Below, piece after piece: positions 31,418 through 41,015 of a stretch of DNA of 64,000 nt. The first letter of the stretch is position 1. Every line of letters starts with the position of its first letter. A program made the translations under genes and the position numbers. Origin of the DNA: an uncultured Gammaproteobacteria bacterium. GTDB lineage: Bacteria; Pseudomonadota; Gammaproteobacteria; CAWCPV01. The DNA is taken from the NCBI GenBank assembly GCA_963797555.1, contig CAWCPV010000014.1, positions 320,001-384,000 on the forward strand, in the 5' to 3' direction. Below the pieces are notes generated by a model. That model worked only from the letters and a program-made list of their open reading frames with translations, did no database searches and was not told the DNA's origin.

Positions 31418-31979
31418 ATGAAGCGCGTGGTTAAGTACATTAGAGAGAATCACCAATGGCTATTCTCCGGCATCGGCGCCAGTATATTGCTGGGACTGGG
31501 CGGGTGGCTCGCTTATTATTTCTTCTCCTGGTTGCACACTGAGCCCACTCCGCCAACAGCACCATCTATCCACGGCTCGCCTCCCGTGGCAACTGTGCCA
31601 TCAGGCATACAGGTTACTACTCCCGAACCCTCCCGGAAGGTGACACCACGAACCATTATGGAGCTATTATGGAGCAGATTGATTCGGCGCGACCGATGCA
31701 ACGCGCCGACATAGCAAGGTCTTTTGTGGACGCACCGGTTGTATGGGACTTACTATTTTTCGGCGCCGACGAAATTGACGATCAGCGCGTGCACCTTTCT
31801 TTTTTTCTCGGACCGAACATCCAAACGTAGTTGTTTCGTGTGTGGTGTCGACCGCAGAAGGGAACAAGCTTAGGTTACTCGATAAAAACGCGCCGGTGCG
31901 GGTCAGTGGAACGATAGAGAGCATTGATGAAGCCATCGATGTAATCCGCCTCAAGGATGCCAAAGTAGTGCCACGATGA
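31418..31979 (+). pseudogene. Membrane-anchored protein with probable C-terminal OB-fold, frameshifted
   Basis: N-terminal TM (QWLFSGIG), Pro-rich linker, ATTATGGAGC duplication at 31655-31675, second shift near the T-run at ~31800, C-terminus PVRVSGTIESID...IRLKDAKV. Confidence 0.6.
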
Positions 31980-32101
31980 ATCCGAAAGGCGGTGGGAATG
32001 GACGTGGCGCTGGTCGATGAGGACTTCAACCTGGGGGGACCGCTCCCCCCCGCGTGAAAGCGTAACGGCACCGTTACGTTTTAGATTATTCGGAGAGCGT
32101 C

Positions 32102-32836
32102 ATGACGCCGACCAGCAAAGATATCCCATTGAATGAGCGGATCATCTTCGCTCTCGACGTGGGTACTCGCGAAGAGGCCGAGGTATGGGTCGAGCGCCTC
32201 GGAAGCCACGTGCGCTTCTACAAGGTGGGCCTCCAACTGTTCCTGGGTGCCTGGTTTCCGGTCATCGACATGATCACGGATCATGGTCACAAGGTTATGG
32301 TCGACCTCAAGTTCTTCGACGTGCCCGAGACGGTGAAACAGGCGGTCGAGCAGTTGAAGGACCGGGGTGTGACCTTCGCCACCGTGCACGGCAACGACCC
32401 GATACTGCGCGCCGCGGTCGAGAACAGAGACGGCGTGAAGATTCTAGCCGTGACGGTGCTCACCAGCTTCGACGAGAGCGACATGCGGGAGATGGGATTC
32501 ACGAGGACCGTCGAAGAGCTGGTATTGATCCGCGCCAGGAAGGCCCTACGCCTCGGCTGCGACGGCATCGTTTCTTCCGGTCTGGAAGCGCCCCGGCTGC
32601 GGCGCGAGTTGGGGCACAACCTCCTCATCGTCACCCCGGGTATCCGCCCCGGCTCGAACATCGAGGAACCCCCGGACGACCAGAGACGCATCGTCACCGC
32701 CCAACAAGCTATCCTCAACGGCGCGGACTACGTGGTCGTGGGCCGTCCCATCAAGAACGCGCCGGACCCCATCGCCGTGGTCGAATCCATGCAACGCGAG
32801 ATCGAGCGCGGCCTCGCATCACCCCTCGCCACCTGA
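32102..32836 (+). CDS. pyrF: Orotidine-5'-phosphate decarboxylase
   Basis: IFALDV, YKVG, DLKFFDVPETV, AVTVLTS, VTPGIRP, DDQRR and VVGRPI. Confidence 0.96.
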   Translation: MTPTSKDIPLNERIIFALDVGTREEAEVWVERLGSHVRFYKVGLQLFLGAWFPVIDMITDHGHKVMVDLKFFDVPETVKQAVEQLKDRGVTFATVHGNDPILRAAVENRDGVKILAVTVLTSFDESDMREMGFTRTVEELVLIRARKALRLGCDGIVSSGLEAPRLRRELGHNLLIVTPGIRPGSNIEEPPDDQRRIVTAQQAILNGADYVVVGRPIKNAPDPIAVVESMQREIERGLASPLAT

Positions 32837-33190
32837 TCTCACGCAACACTCTGGCCCCGTCCGCCCTCAGCCAGCCCAGGCTCCCAGCCCATCCGGTCGC
32901 GACGCGCTCGCGCCGCGGATGAAGGCGCTGCTCAATGCACCGGCCTTCGACGGACAGGCCCCCAACGAGGGCAAAACGAAGGCGTTTACCGCGCACCCGG
33001 AACGTTTGATCGGAGCGCGCTCACGAACTGGCACACGCGTAATCGATCGAACCACAAGTGTTTGCACGCGCCGCTCTGACAGGGGTCGACGTTGGTGCTC
33101 GGAGCTTCGACATCGGAGATCGGAGTCCCGAAATCGGGAATCGGAGTTGTGACATCGTAGCTCCTGGCCTTGCGGCTCCTGCCCTCCTGC

Positions 33191-33216
33191 GCGCCCCCAG
33201 CCGGGGGCGCTTTTTT
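33191..33216 (+). terminator. Strong intrinsic terminator
   Basis: GCGCCCCC-AGCC-GGGGGCGC-TTTTTT. Confidence 0.8.
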
Positions 33217-33439
33217 GGGGCGGCCAGCCCCGCGGAGAAGGCCGGGTCTTGCCGGGACAGAAATGTTATCTGCTCGTGAAGGTGCCGTGAGATCGGGCGG
33301 CCACACTAATGACCATCCACGGGTAACGCCGGCTCGAAAGCCTCCAGTTTCCGTGGGTCGGTTCTCAGGGACGAGGCCGCGCGGAGCGCGGTGGGCGCGG
33401 AGTCCGAACCCCTTTCGAGCAAACTGCAGGAGAGAGTCG

Positions 33440-34087
33440 ATGAAAGACACCAACACGCTTCTGACTTCTGCGATGTCTGGCATGGTCGCTGTCGGCCTGA
33501 TGGGCGCCGGGCAGGCCGCCCACGCCAAACAGGTCACGCTGCCACCCGTGCCCCCCTTTAAGCTGGAGGTGCCGGCTGGGAACACCGCGTTCCTCGTAGG
33601 TCACGCCATCGGCACCCAGAACTACGTCTGCCTGCCCTCGGGCGCTGGCTTCGCTTACGTACTCTTCACGCCCGAGGCCACGCTGTTCGACGACCATGGT
33701 AAGCAAATCATCACCCACTACTTCAGTCCCAACCTCGCCCCGTTTGACCCGTCTGACCTTGACAAGATTCGCGCCACGTGGCAGGCCTCGGACACGAGCA
33801 TCGTCTGGGCCGCGGTGTTGAACCCAGCAGAAGACTCCGCCTCCCACGCCACCGACCCCGACTTCGTCGCGGAGGGTGCCGTAGCCTGGCTCAAGCTTAC
33901 GGCGGTTGGAACCCAAGACGGACCGAGGGGCGGCGACACGCTCTCGGACACCACCTTCGTCGAGCGGCTGAACACCTCTGGAGGGCTCGCACCGGCGGAC
34001 TGTACCTCGCTAGCAGACGTCGGCAAGGAGGCGTTCGTGCCTTACACGGCCGACTACTTCTTCTTCTCGGCCGACGACGGCAAGTAG
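33440..34087 (+). CDS. Secreted DUF3455-like protein
   Basis: Signal peptide; AIGTQNYVC, PEATLFD, HYF, AVAWLKL, RLNTSGGLAP and VPYTADYFF. Confidence 0.85.
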   Translation: MKDTNTLLTSAMSGMVAVGLMGAGQAAHAKQVTLPPVPPFKLEVPAGNTAFLVGHAIGTQNYVCLPSGAGFAYVLFTPEATLFDDHGKQIITHYFSPNLAPFDPSDLDKIRATWQASDTSIVWAAVLNPAEDSASHATDPDFVAEGAVAWLKLTAVGTQDGPRGGDTLSDTTFVERLNTSGGLAPADCTSLADVGKEAFVPYTADYFFFSADDGK

Positions 34088-34157
34088 GACGTTTGCACAG
34101 GGCCGTGAGAGAACCGGACGGCACAACCGTCCGGTTCTCCTTATCAGCCGCTCGTCT

Positions 34158-34577
34158 TCAGTGCAGGGTGGGGCTGACGCAGAAGGGGGAACCGAGGCCG
34201 CGAGGCAGGCCATACGCCGGCCGAAACGACTCCGTCGCGCATGACCCGGGCCAGGGAGAATGGATCGTCATCTCGCCGCGCAGCGCGGGATCTCTCGTCT
34301 CGAACTCAACCACTTCGACAACCTGCTCGTTCGTCACGAGCTTCACGAAGCGGCCGCGGAACGTGTCGGTGTGCACGGTCGTCTTGCCGGTCCCGGTCGG
34401 CGCGTCGTAGGTAAGCGAAATGCGGAACGAGCCGCCTCCGCGGGCGTCGAAGGCATGCACGTGGCTGGCCATACCGGTTGGCACCATCCACGTCGCGACC
34501 GCACGCGCATCGAGAAGCGCGCGGTAGACGATCGTGCGGGGCGCGTTTACACGGCGACTGATGCGGGTCGATCTCAT
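34158..34577 (-). pseudogene. SRPBCC/AHSA1-like protein, C-terminally truncated
   Basis: VNAPRTIVYRALLD, WMVP, GGSFRISLTY and VEVVEFETRDP; similarity ends after GEMTI (~34260). Confidence 0.7.
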
Positions 34578-34639
34578 GGCCGAACCTTAGCACGTGCAGC
34601 GACACGAGCAACACACCGATCGGGCGGCCGAATCGTGCC

Positions 34640-34740
34640 CTGCAACATAAAGTTGACTGACGCTGGCGCGGACACAAAAACACGCAACGCGTGCACGAGG
34701 AGCTATGTGCGGCGCGTTCATGTTGAACAACGGCTTAGCG
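34640..34740 (-). other. Degenerate integron attC-like site
   Basis: Minus strand CGCTAAG-CCGTT-GTTCAAC...GTCAAC-TTTAT-GTTGCAG has R''/L''/L'/R' spacing and lies just after a stop codon; the R'' AAC is mutated. Confidence 0.45.
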
Positions 34741-34747
34741 TGCATGC

Positions 34748-34909
34748 TCAATAAATAGGGGCTGCTCGCATTCGAGACCAGAAGACACGGTTTTCGAGTG
34801 CTGGCGCAAATCTACGGACAATTGCTTGTACTACATCGTGGTAGAAAGTTGGCGCGTACGGGTTCACATAAATCGCGTCGACCGTGGTTTCTGGTGTCTT
34901 GGCTCCGAA
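34748..34909 (-). pseudogene. 3' remnant of a lower-GC gene truncated by IS200/IS605
   Basis: VDAIYVNPYAPTFYHDVVQAIVRRF...SRMRAAPIY-stop, directly after the IS right end. Confidence 0.55.
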
Positions 34910-35340
34910 GTCAATGTCACCACCGGCTACAAGCCGGTGGCTTGAGTTGGGCACTGTAAGTGCCGGTTCCGGCTGAAGCCGGCTGCAAGCCACCCGCCCC
35001 AAGGCGGTTCATTGCGACTCCAAGTCGCCCCCCTCAACTACCTGAAACCGATCTTCGGTCTCGGTATGACCCTCGATGTAAGCCTGGATCATGTCGTCCG
35101 TCACGTTGCCCGTGCTACACGCAAAGTAGCCCCGCGCCCACATCCGCTGACCCCAGTATTGCTTGCGCAGCACCGCAAATTCCCGCTGCAGCGAGCTTGC
35201 TTACCGAGACCTGGGGCGGCACCGATACCAGCATGTGCACATGGTCCCGCGCCACCACCCCCGAGAGGATCTCCACCCCCATGCCCGAGCACATCTGCTT
35301 CACCAACTCGCGCAGCCTCTGCCCAACGTCGCCGCGCAAC
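34910..35340 (-). mobile_element. tnpA: IS200/IS605 3' remnant (tnpA fragment plus right-end hairpin)
   Basis: DHVHMLVSVPP (HUH), YWGQRMWARGYF and IQAYIEG; hairpin CCACCGGCT-TGT-AGCCGGTGG followed by TTGAC. Confidence 0.85.
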
Positions 35341-36161
35341 AGGTAACGCGAGTAGTAGTCGATGACGGTGACCGCGTACCACCACCCGTGTCCCGGGATG
35401 TGCAGATAAGTGACATCGGCCTGCCACAGCTCGTTCGGCTTGGAGGGCAGCAGCTCGAACAGACGCGCCGCCTGATACAGTGCCGCTTCGCGTACCCGGC
35501 GCTTTTGCAACAGCCCGGCGGCCTTGAACACCCGGTAGACCACCTTGTTGCTCACTGCCAAACCCTGGCGACGCGCGACTACTGCGATACGCTTGTATCC
35601 CCACCACGGGTAGCGTTCGGCCAGGGCTCTTCAGGCACTGGCTTCGGCTTGCGCCCAGGCTTTTTGGGCTCGGTGGCTCGCCCTGCATACCACACCGAGC
35701 GGGCAATGCCCAAGGCTCTCAGCACCCCAGAGAGCCGAGCCACAGGATTCGCCGCGCAGGCCTCCGTGACCATGGTGCGCACCGCCTCGGTCAGCTCGAG
35801 CCGCCCGAGAGTTGTTTTAAAATCCGGTTGGCGATGGTGAGCTCGCCGATGACCTGCTCGCGCTCAGCCAGTGCCGACTTCAACTGCCTCAACTCCTTGG
35901 CCTGCTCCCGGTCGGCACCCCGCCCGGCCAGCGCCTGCCTGCCGGCGCTGAGAAACTCATCACGCCTGCGGTACAGCGTCTGCTCCGAGACCCCGGCACG
36001 CCGTGCGATCTGCGCTGCCGGCTCTTCCTTGCTCAACAGCCGCATTACAAGCTGCGAACGCTCTCCAGCACTCAACGTGGACTTCTTGGCCATCTCCGCT
36101 CCCTCTGCACGACAGTTCAAGTATCACTTCTCTTCGTGTCCAGAGAAATCGGAGCTATACA
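35341..36161 (-). mobile_element. IS3-family 5' remnant (orfA 35791-36093; frameshifted, truncated orfB)
   Basis: Left end TGTATAGCTCCGATTTCTCTGGACA; HTH orfA (IARRAGVSEQTLYR); orfB WWGYKRI and PNELWQADVTYL...VIDYYSR. Confidence 0.8.
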
Positions 36162-36350
36162 CCAGGCCCTGGAGCAGAGGAGTGCGACCCGATGAGCCTC
36201 AAGACCCGAGTGGCGCGCCTTGAGGCGGCAGCAGCCCAGAGCGTTGAGCAGTGGCTGCGTAACCGTTCAGACCCTCCCACCAGTTGATCGATGCGTTAAG
36301 AGCGCGTCCAGCGCAGCAGAGCCGCTCGGCTTGTCGTACACTCCCGGCTC

Positions 36351-37069
36351 ATGGATCAAGAGCCCTCTATTCCGCAGGCGATCACGGCGAGCGGCCGGAG
36401 CTTTACCGAAGAGGAGATCTCCGCCATCGTCCGAATGGTGTCGATGTGCGTGGGCCTGAGTCGTTTTGAGCTGGCGCAGACCATCTGTGAGCTGCTGGGG
36501 TGGAGACGGGACAACGGAGCCCTGAAGTCCCGCGAGTGTCGGGATCTACTGGAGCGGTTGGAAGCTCGGGGGGATCTGGGGCTTCCCGCCAAGCGCACGG
36601 GCAGGCCCAAGGGGCGGCGCACCTGCACTGCGCAGACCGATCGGGGCGAACGCCGCGGCGAGATTGCCGGTGCGCTGCAGGAGGTGGCCCCGGTGGAGCT
36701 TCAGTTAGTGCGCCAGGCCGAGGGACGGGCATTGTGGCGCGAGCTTCTCGCGCGCTATCACTACTTGGGCTATGCCACACCCTTTGGGGCCCAGTTGGTC
36801 TATCTCATCCGCTCCCAGCGCCGGGAGGGGGAGGTGTTGGGCGGGCTCACCTACACCAGCCCGGCCTGGCGCATGCAGGCCCGCGATGCGTGGATCGGCT
36901 GCGCTTTGCCGGGACCTGCTACCGGGCGGCCAACTGGTGCGAGGTGGGCGAGACCAGCGGACGCGGGCGCATGGACCGTGCGCACCAACGCCATGGCAGA
37001 GCGATAAAGCGGGTCTTCCTCTACGCTCTGCACCCGCAGGCCAGAGAGCGCCTGCGCGGTGAGCGCTGA
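36351..37069 (+). pseudogene. DUF4338 (DruA-like) passenger gene, internally deleted and frameshifted
   Basis: LSRFELAQTICELLGW, RYHYLGY and AWRMQARDAWIG join out of frame to RFAGTCYRAANW...GETSGRGRMD. Confidence 0.8.
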
Positions 37070-37071
37070 AC

Positions 37072-38640
37072 TCAAGCGGGCGCAGGAAGCGGCGGTGCCT
37101 CAAAGCCGCGGCGTCGGTGGGCGAGGACATCTCTGAGATAGCACAGCGGGGAGCTCAATCGCAGCCGAGAAGTCTCGATCACACTGGCGAGCAGCGCCAG
37201 CGCCCGGCTGCCTTGTTCGCTGCGGGTCCCCTGGCTGATGCGACGCAGAATCACCCAGTGACGCAGCGCCCGCTCCGCCACGTTGTTGGTCAGCGGCAGC
37301 TGAGGCTCATCCAACACCCGGAAGATCGCCCCCCAGTCGTTGAGCAGCTCCTTGCCCAGCGCCTGGGCCTTGTCATAAGGGCAGCAGCTCATGCGTTCAC
37401 ACAGGGCCGTGAGCTCGTTGAGCTCGCCCGGGTGGGCTTGCCGCAGGGAGCCGCCCGGTCCCTCGCGGGCGTGATAGACGGCCTGCATCAGCGCATCGAG
37501 CAGGTCATAGACCGCCTGGCCGTAGCCCTGGAGGGTGGGCGAGAGGCAATCCCTCAGGCCCCGGGCCTTGCGAATGAGATGCGCCCAGCAACGCAGGCGC
37601 TTGGCATAGTCCCGATAGACCTGGTACCCATCGCTCATCAGATAGCCGCAGAAGAGATCCTCGATGAGGTTCTGAAACATCTCTTTGGCGCGAGAGCCGA
37701 CCAAGAACAGCGCCGTCGAGGCCGAGATGAACACCCATAACCACAAGGGCTCTCCCCATTGCTTGTGCGGTGTCTCATCGGCATGCATGAGGGCCGCTTC
37801 CAGCAACTGGGTCACCAGCTCATCCTCGACCGGCTCGCAGGCACGGGCGGTCTCCATCACGCATTGGTGGAGGGTGCCGATGCCGAGCGCCAGCCCAAAC
37901 ACCTCGTGCAGGAACTCCCGGACCAGGCGGATGGACAGGCGCATCCGAAACCGCAGCCAGACGATGAAGGCGCACAATCCCGGCCCCACCAGGCGCCACT
38001 CGCCAAGCTCCACCCCTCGCCAGCATCCCAAGTGCTCGGGCGCGCGGTGCGGCGCCTGCCGGGTCTCATGACCACAGTCGCAACGGCTCTGGTAGTATAC
38101 CTGCCGCGTGCAGGTCAGGCGCAGCCCCGGCGCCTGCTCATCGCCAAAGACCAAGTCCAGCCTATCAAAGGCGGTGTAGGGCTTCGCCTGCTCAGGATTG
38201 AGCGCCCCACCACACAGCGCACAACTTCCCGGCCGATGATGGTCCCAATCGGTGACTGTCAGCTTCTGGGCGCGCCCGAATCCCTGGGAGCCAGGCTGCC
38301 GGCCCGCTCGGCGCTGCGTCCCTGAGGTCTTGCCACTCGTGTCCTTTGCGCCCTTCTGGCCGCCAGCCCCGGGGAGGCCATCCTCCTCAGAACGGCTCTT
38401 GGCCTCCTCGTCCTCAGGACCGGCGTCGGCCTCTTCGTCCTCCCGCGCACGCAGCCAGGGGTCTTGACTGCTCGGCGGACGAGAGCTATTGGAGGGACTC
38501 TGATTGAGCCGCTCCCACGCTTCCTTGAGATCCTGCAGCAGGCGGATGCTCAGCGCTGCCAGCGCATCGGGATCCTTCTGCCTCAGCTCCAGAATGCGCT
38601 CCTCGCTGAGCTGACGAAGGTCGTGCTCCTTGAGCACCAT
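37072..38640 (-). CDS. IS66-family DDE transposase (TnpC-like)
   Basis: SNSSRPPSS, GRQPGSQG, Zn ribbon, HADET, SDGYQVY, RCWAHLIRKA and TNNVAERALR. Confidence 0.92.
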   Translation of the reverse strand: MVLKEHDLRQLSEERILELRQKDPDALAALSIRLLQDLKEAWERLNQSPSNSSRPPSSQDPWLRAREDEEADAGPEDEEAKSRSEEDGLPGAGGQKGAKDTSGKTSGTQRRAGRQPGSQGFGRAQKLTVTDWDHHRPGSCALCGGALNPEQAKPYTAFDRLDLVFGDEQAPGLRLTCTRQVYYQSRCDCGHETRQAPHRAPEHLGCWRGVELGEWRLVGPGLCAFIVWLRFRMRLSIRLVREFLHEVFGLALGIGTLHQCVMETARACEPVEDELVTQLLEAALMHADETPHKQWGEPLWLWVFISASTALFLVGSRAKEMFQNLIEDLFCGYLMSDGYQVYRDYAKRLRCWAHLIRKARGLRDCLSPTLQGYGQAVYDLLDALMQAVYHAREGPGGSLRQAHPGELNELTALCERMSCCPYDKAQALGKELLNDWGAIFRVLDEPQLPLTNNVAERALRHWVILRRISQGTRSEQGSRALALLASVIETSRLRLSSPLCYLRDVLAHRRRGFEAPPLPAPA

Positions 38641-39031
38641 GATTGTGTGTGACAGTGAGGTCGAGGAACATCCTGCCAAGGGCACCCAACTGTCTCACGC
38701 TGGAACCGTTTTGTCCAGCCCTCCGGGTCAAAATATTCCAGGGGGGTGAACGGTTACGTGGCTGCGGTCACTTAGCGTGGAGGAGTTGGAGCGCCACGTC
38801 GCCGAACTCCACGCACAGATAAGCGATGAGGAATTCGCTGCGGGCATCGAAGAGCTGCGCAGAGGGACAGGGGCGTCCGGTACGCCGCTGAGCGAGGCGT
38901 CCATCGAGCTGCTGGTCCAGAACCGCGCGAAACGGCGTGGGCAGCGATGAGCGGGGATCGCACCCTCGACGGACGGTGCGGTGCCCGTGCTCCTAGGCCG
39001 TTGCGCGGCTGGACCGAAGCGTTATCCCTAG

Positions 39032-39343
39032 ATGAGTCATGCCGAGCGTCAGGCCCGCTAGCGCGCCAGCACTTCTCGCAAACGAGTGGAGCTATACCTG
39101 TCGCCCGAGGTCCTGGAATGGCTCGATGCCACGGCACGGCGGTGCAAGTGTGGGCGCGCCGAGGTGGTCGAGAGCATCCTCTATGGGAGACGGCTTTCGC
39201 CGCTACTGGTAGACATTCGCCGGCACCTATTGGATGCGTATCGAGTGTTGCTCCAGGGCGCCTCCCGCCAACCGTTGTGGCCTATAGCTGTGCACAGTAT
39301 TTTGGACAAGGCCATGCGGGAGCTTGAGAAGTGCGACACGTGA
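39032..39343 (+). pseudogene. Small putative DNA-binding (RHH-like) gene, disrupted at the 5' end
   Basis: MSHAERQAR-stop, then RVELYLSPEVLEWLDATARRCKCGRAEVVE. Confidence 0.4.
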
Positions 39344-39783
39344 CCGGTAGACGAGTGATTTATCCGCTTCTACTGGGCCGGGTCGCAGGGTGATCTGTGC
39401 GGCATGGATTGCGCTCTTGCTCGGTGTGGGTGTTGATCTCCCGCGAAACGCACTATGACAAAGATGGGGTTAAAGTCAAGGGTAGTGAGCACTGCAGACA
39501 CGGCCGTTCAGGATCGAGGGACCCCAATGCGGTGTCACCGCCCCGATGACTGGGACCAGCCTTGGTGCCGCTGAGCTGCTCCGGCGCCGCGGACATGGAC
39601 AACCCATCGCGCCAGCGCACAGCGTTCCCCCTCCAGCCGTCCACAAACGCCGTGGATAGCTGCGTGGACAGCCTTCGGATAGGCAAGCTAAGCATCTGCG
39701 CCCATGAGCATTTCCGAGCGTGGCGAGTCCGTGAGCAGCCGTTACACTGATCGGCACCACCTCATCCCTTCGGAGACACCTCA

Positions 39784-40068
39784 ATGCCTCACCCCGCCAA
39801 CCTCGACGACTTCATACGGTTCGATGCTCAGCTCGAAGCCGCCTTGGAGGATGCCACCAAGGAAGAAGTCGCGGAGTGCGCAAGACTGTTGGCCCTGAAC
39901 CTCGCCCACTACAAGGGCAAGCACGGGGAGATGCCGTTGGAGAGCACAAGCACATGATGGAGACCGAGACCATCGACGAGCCGATGGCCAAGCTCCTGGC
40001 CCACGGGACGCTGGAGATGCTGGTGGGGCTCGCGGAGGTGACGGGCAGGAAGGACGAGGGTCAGAAGT
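39784..40068 (+). pseudogene. Hypothetical gene, frameshifted and abutted by IS200
   Basis: MPHPANLDDFIRFDAQLEAALEDATKEEVAECARLLALNLAHYK, continuing in another frame as MMETETIDEPMAKLL. Confidence 0.5.
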
Positions 40069-40503
40069 TAACTCCCTGAGGTAAGCCCCGGCTTTGCCGG
40101 GGGACTCGCCGAGGTTTGACCTATACGACGGTCGTCGTGAATCTCCAATCTCCGCCAAGAGAAGGGGATTCACGATGAAAGAGCACCAGAGTCCGAGCCA
40201 CACGAAGTGCGACTGTAAGTATCATGTGGTATTCATCGCGAAGCGCAGGAAGAAGCAGATCTTCGGGGCGCTGCGCCGCCACCTGGACAGATCTTCCAGG
40301 AGTTGGCGGGCCACAAGGTGCCCACAGTCGGCTTAAGATGAGGCGATGGTGAGGGCCTACATCCGGAACCAAGACCAACAGGACGAGCGCTACGATCATC
40401 TGAGGCTGGGGACGTAGGTCCAGCCGCCTTGGGCGGCTCCCGGTGTTATGGCGCCTTTGAGGCGCTCGCCCAATAAGCCCCCGGCTTCGCCGGGGGTGAG
40501 TTA
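40069..40503 (+). mobile_element. tnpA: Internally deleted IS200/IS605 element
   Basis: Terminal CCCCGGCTTTGCCGGGG hairpins and SHTKCDCKYHVVFI; 5' part nearly identical to 58542-58800. Confidence 0.85.
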
Positions 40504-40525
40504 ACTGCCTGGTGACCGCCCGACA

Positions 40526-40754
40526 GTAACAATCCCCCGGCAAAGCCGGGGGCTTTCCGGTTGCTGGCCCCTCAAGGGGGCCTGATCGCAGTCGAAAAAG
40601 CGTCGTGCTTTTCGTCCGGACTCGCTGCAACCCCCAGCTCGGTCCGAACTTAAAGTCAGAAGCGTACCTCACGAATATGTCGCAGCAACACACTCCCGGA
40701 ACTGTCAAACTCTGACAGTCTCCCCGGCAGAGCCGGGGGTTTTCTCTCGATAAA
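40526..40754 (-). mobile_element. Non-autonomous IS200/IS605 derivative (PATE-like)
   Basis: Two hairpins (CCCCCGGCAAAGCCGGGGG and CCCCGGCAGAGCCGGGG) about 200 bp apart with no transposase between them. Confidence 0.65.
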
Positions 40755-41015
40755 TAACAGACCAGCGCGTCGATAGCGCAGGCAGCGCCGCCACCACGGA
40801 CCGCTTAGCCCCTGCTACCATCCTGGTCGGAGGCAACAATGAGGGAGGGCTACCACGTGCGTATTGGACTGCCGCAGAGAAGGTGAGGGGTGAGTATGGG
40901 CGGCAGTCTCGAAGGCGGCGGGTGAGGCCCAGTGAGTGAGACCCGGCGAGTAAGACCCGCCAGGGTGGCGGCTCGGCAAGTGAAATCTAATTTCACCAGC
41001 GAGGTGGTGTGCGCA

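Larger units (their letters stand above)
36259..38757 (-). mobile_element. Complete IS66-family element with passenger gene
   Basis: TIRs GTAACCGTTCA/TGAACGGTTAC and 8-bp TSD GTGGCTGC on both sides. Confidence 0.92.
36192..38950 (+). pseudogene. Small phage/satellite-like gene split by IS66
   Basis: Removing the IS and one TSD restores MSLKTRVARLEAAAAQSVEQWLRSLSVEELERHVAELH...RRGQR-stop. Confidence 0.65.

Noticed and set aside
33029-33045. Sigma54 promoter at TGGCAC
   Set aside because: No TTGC at the -12 position.
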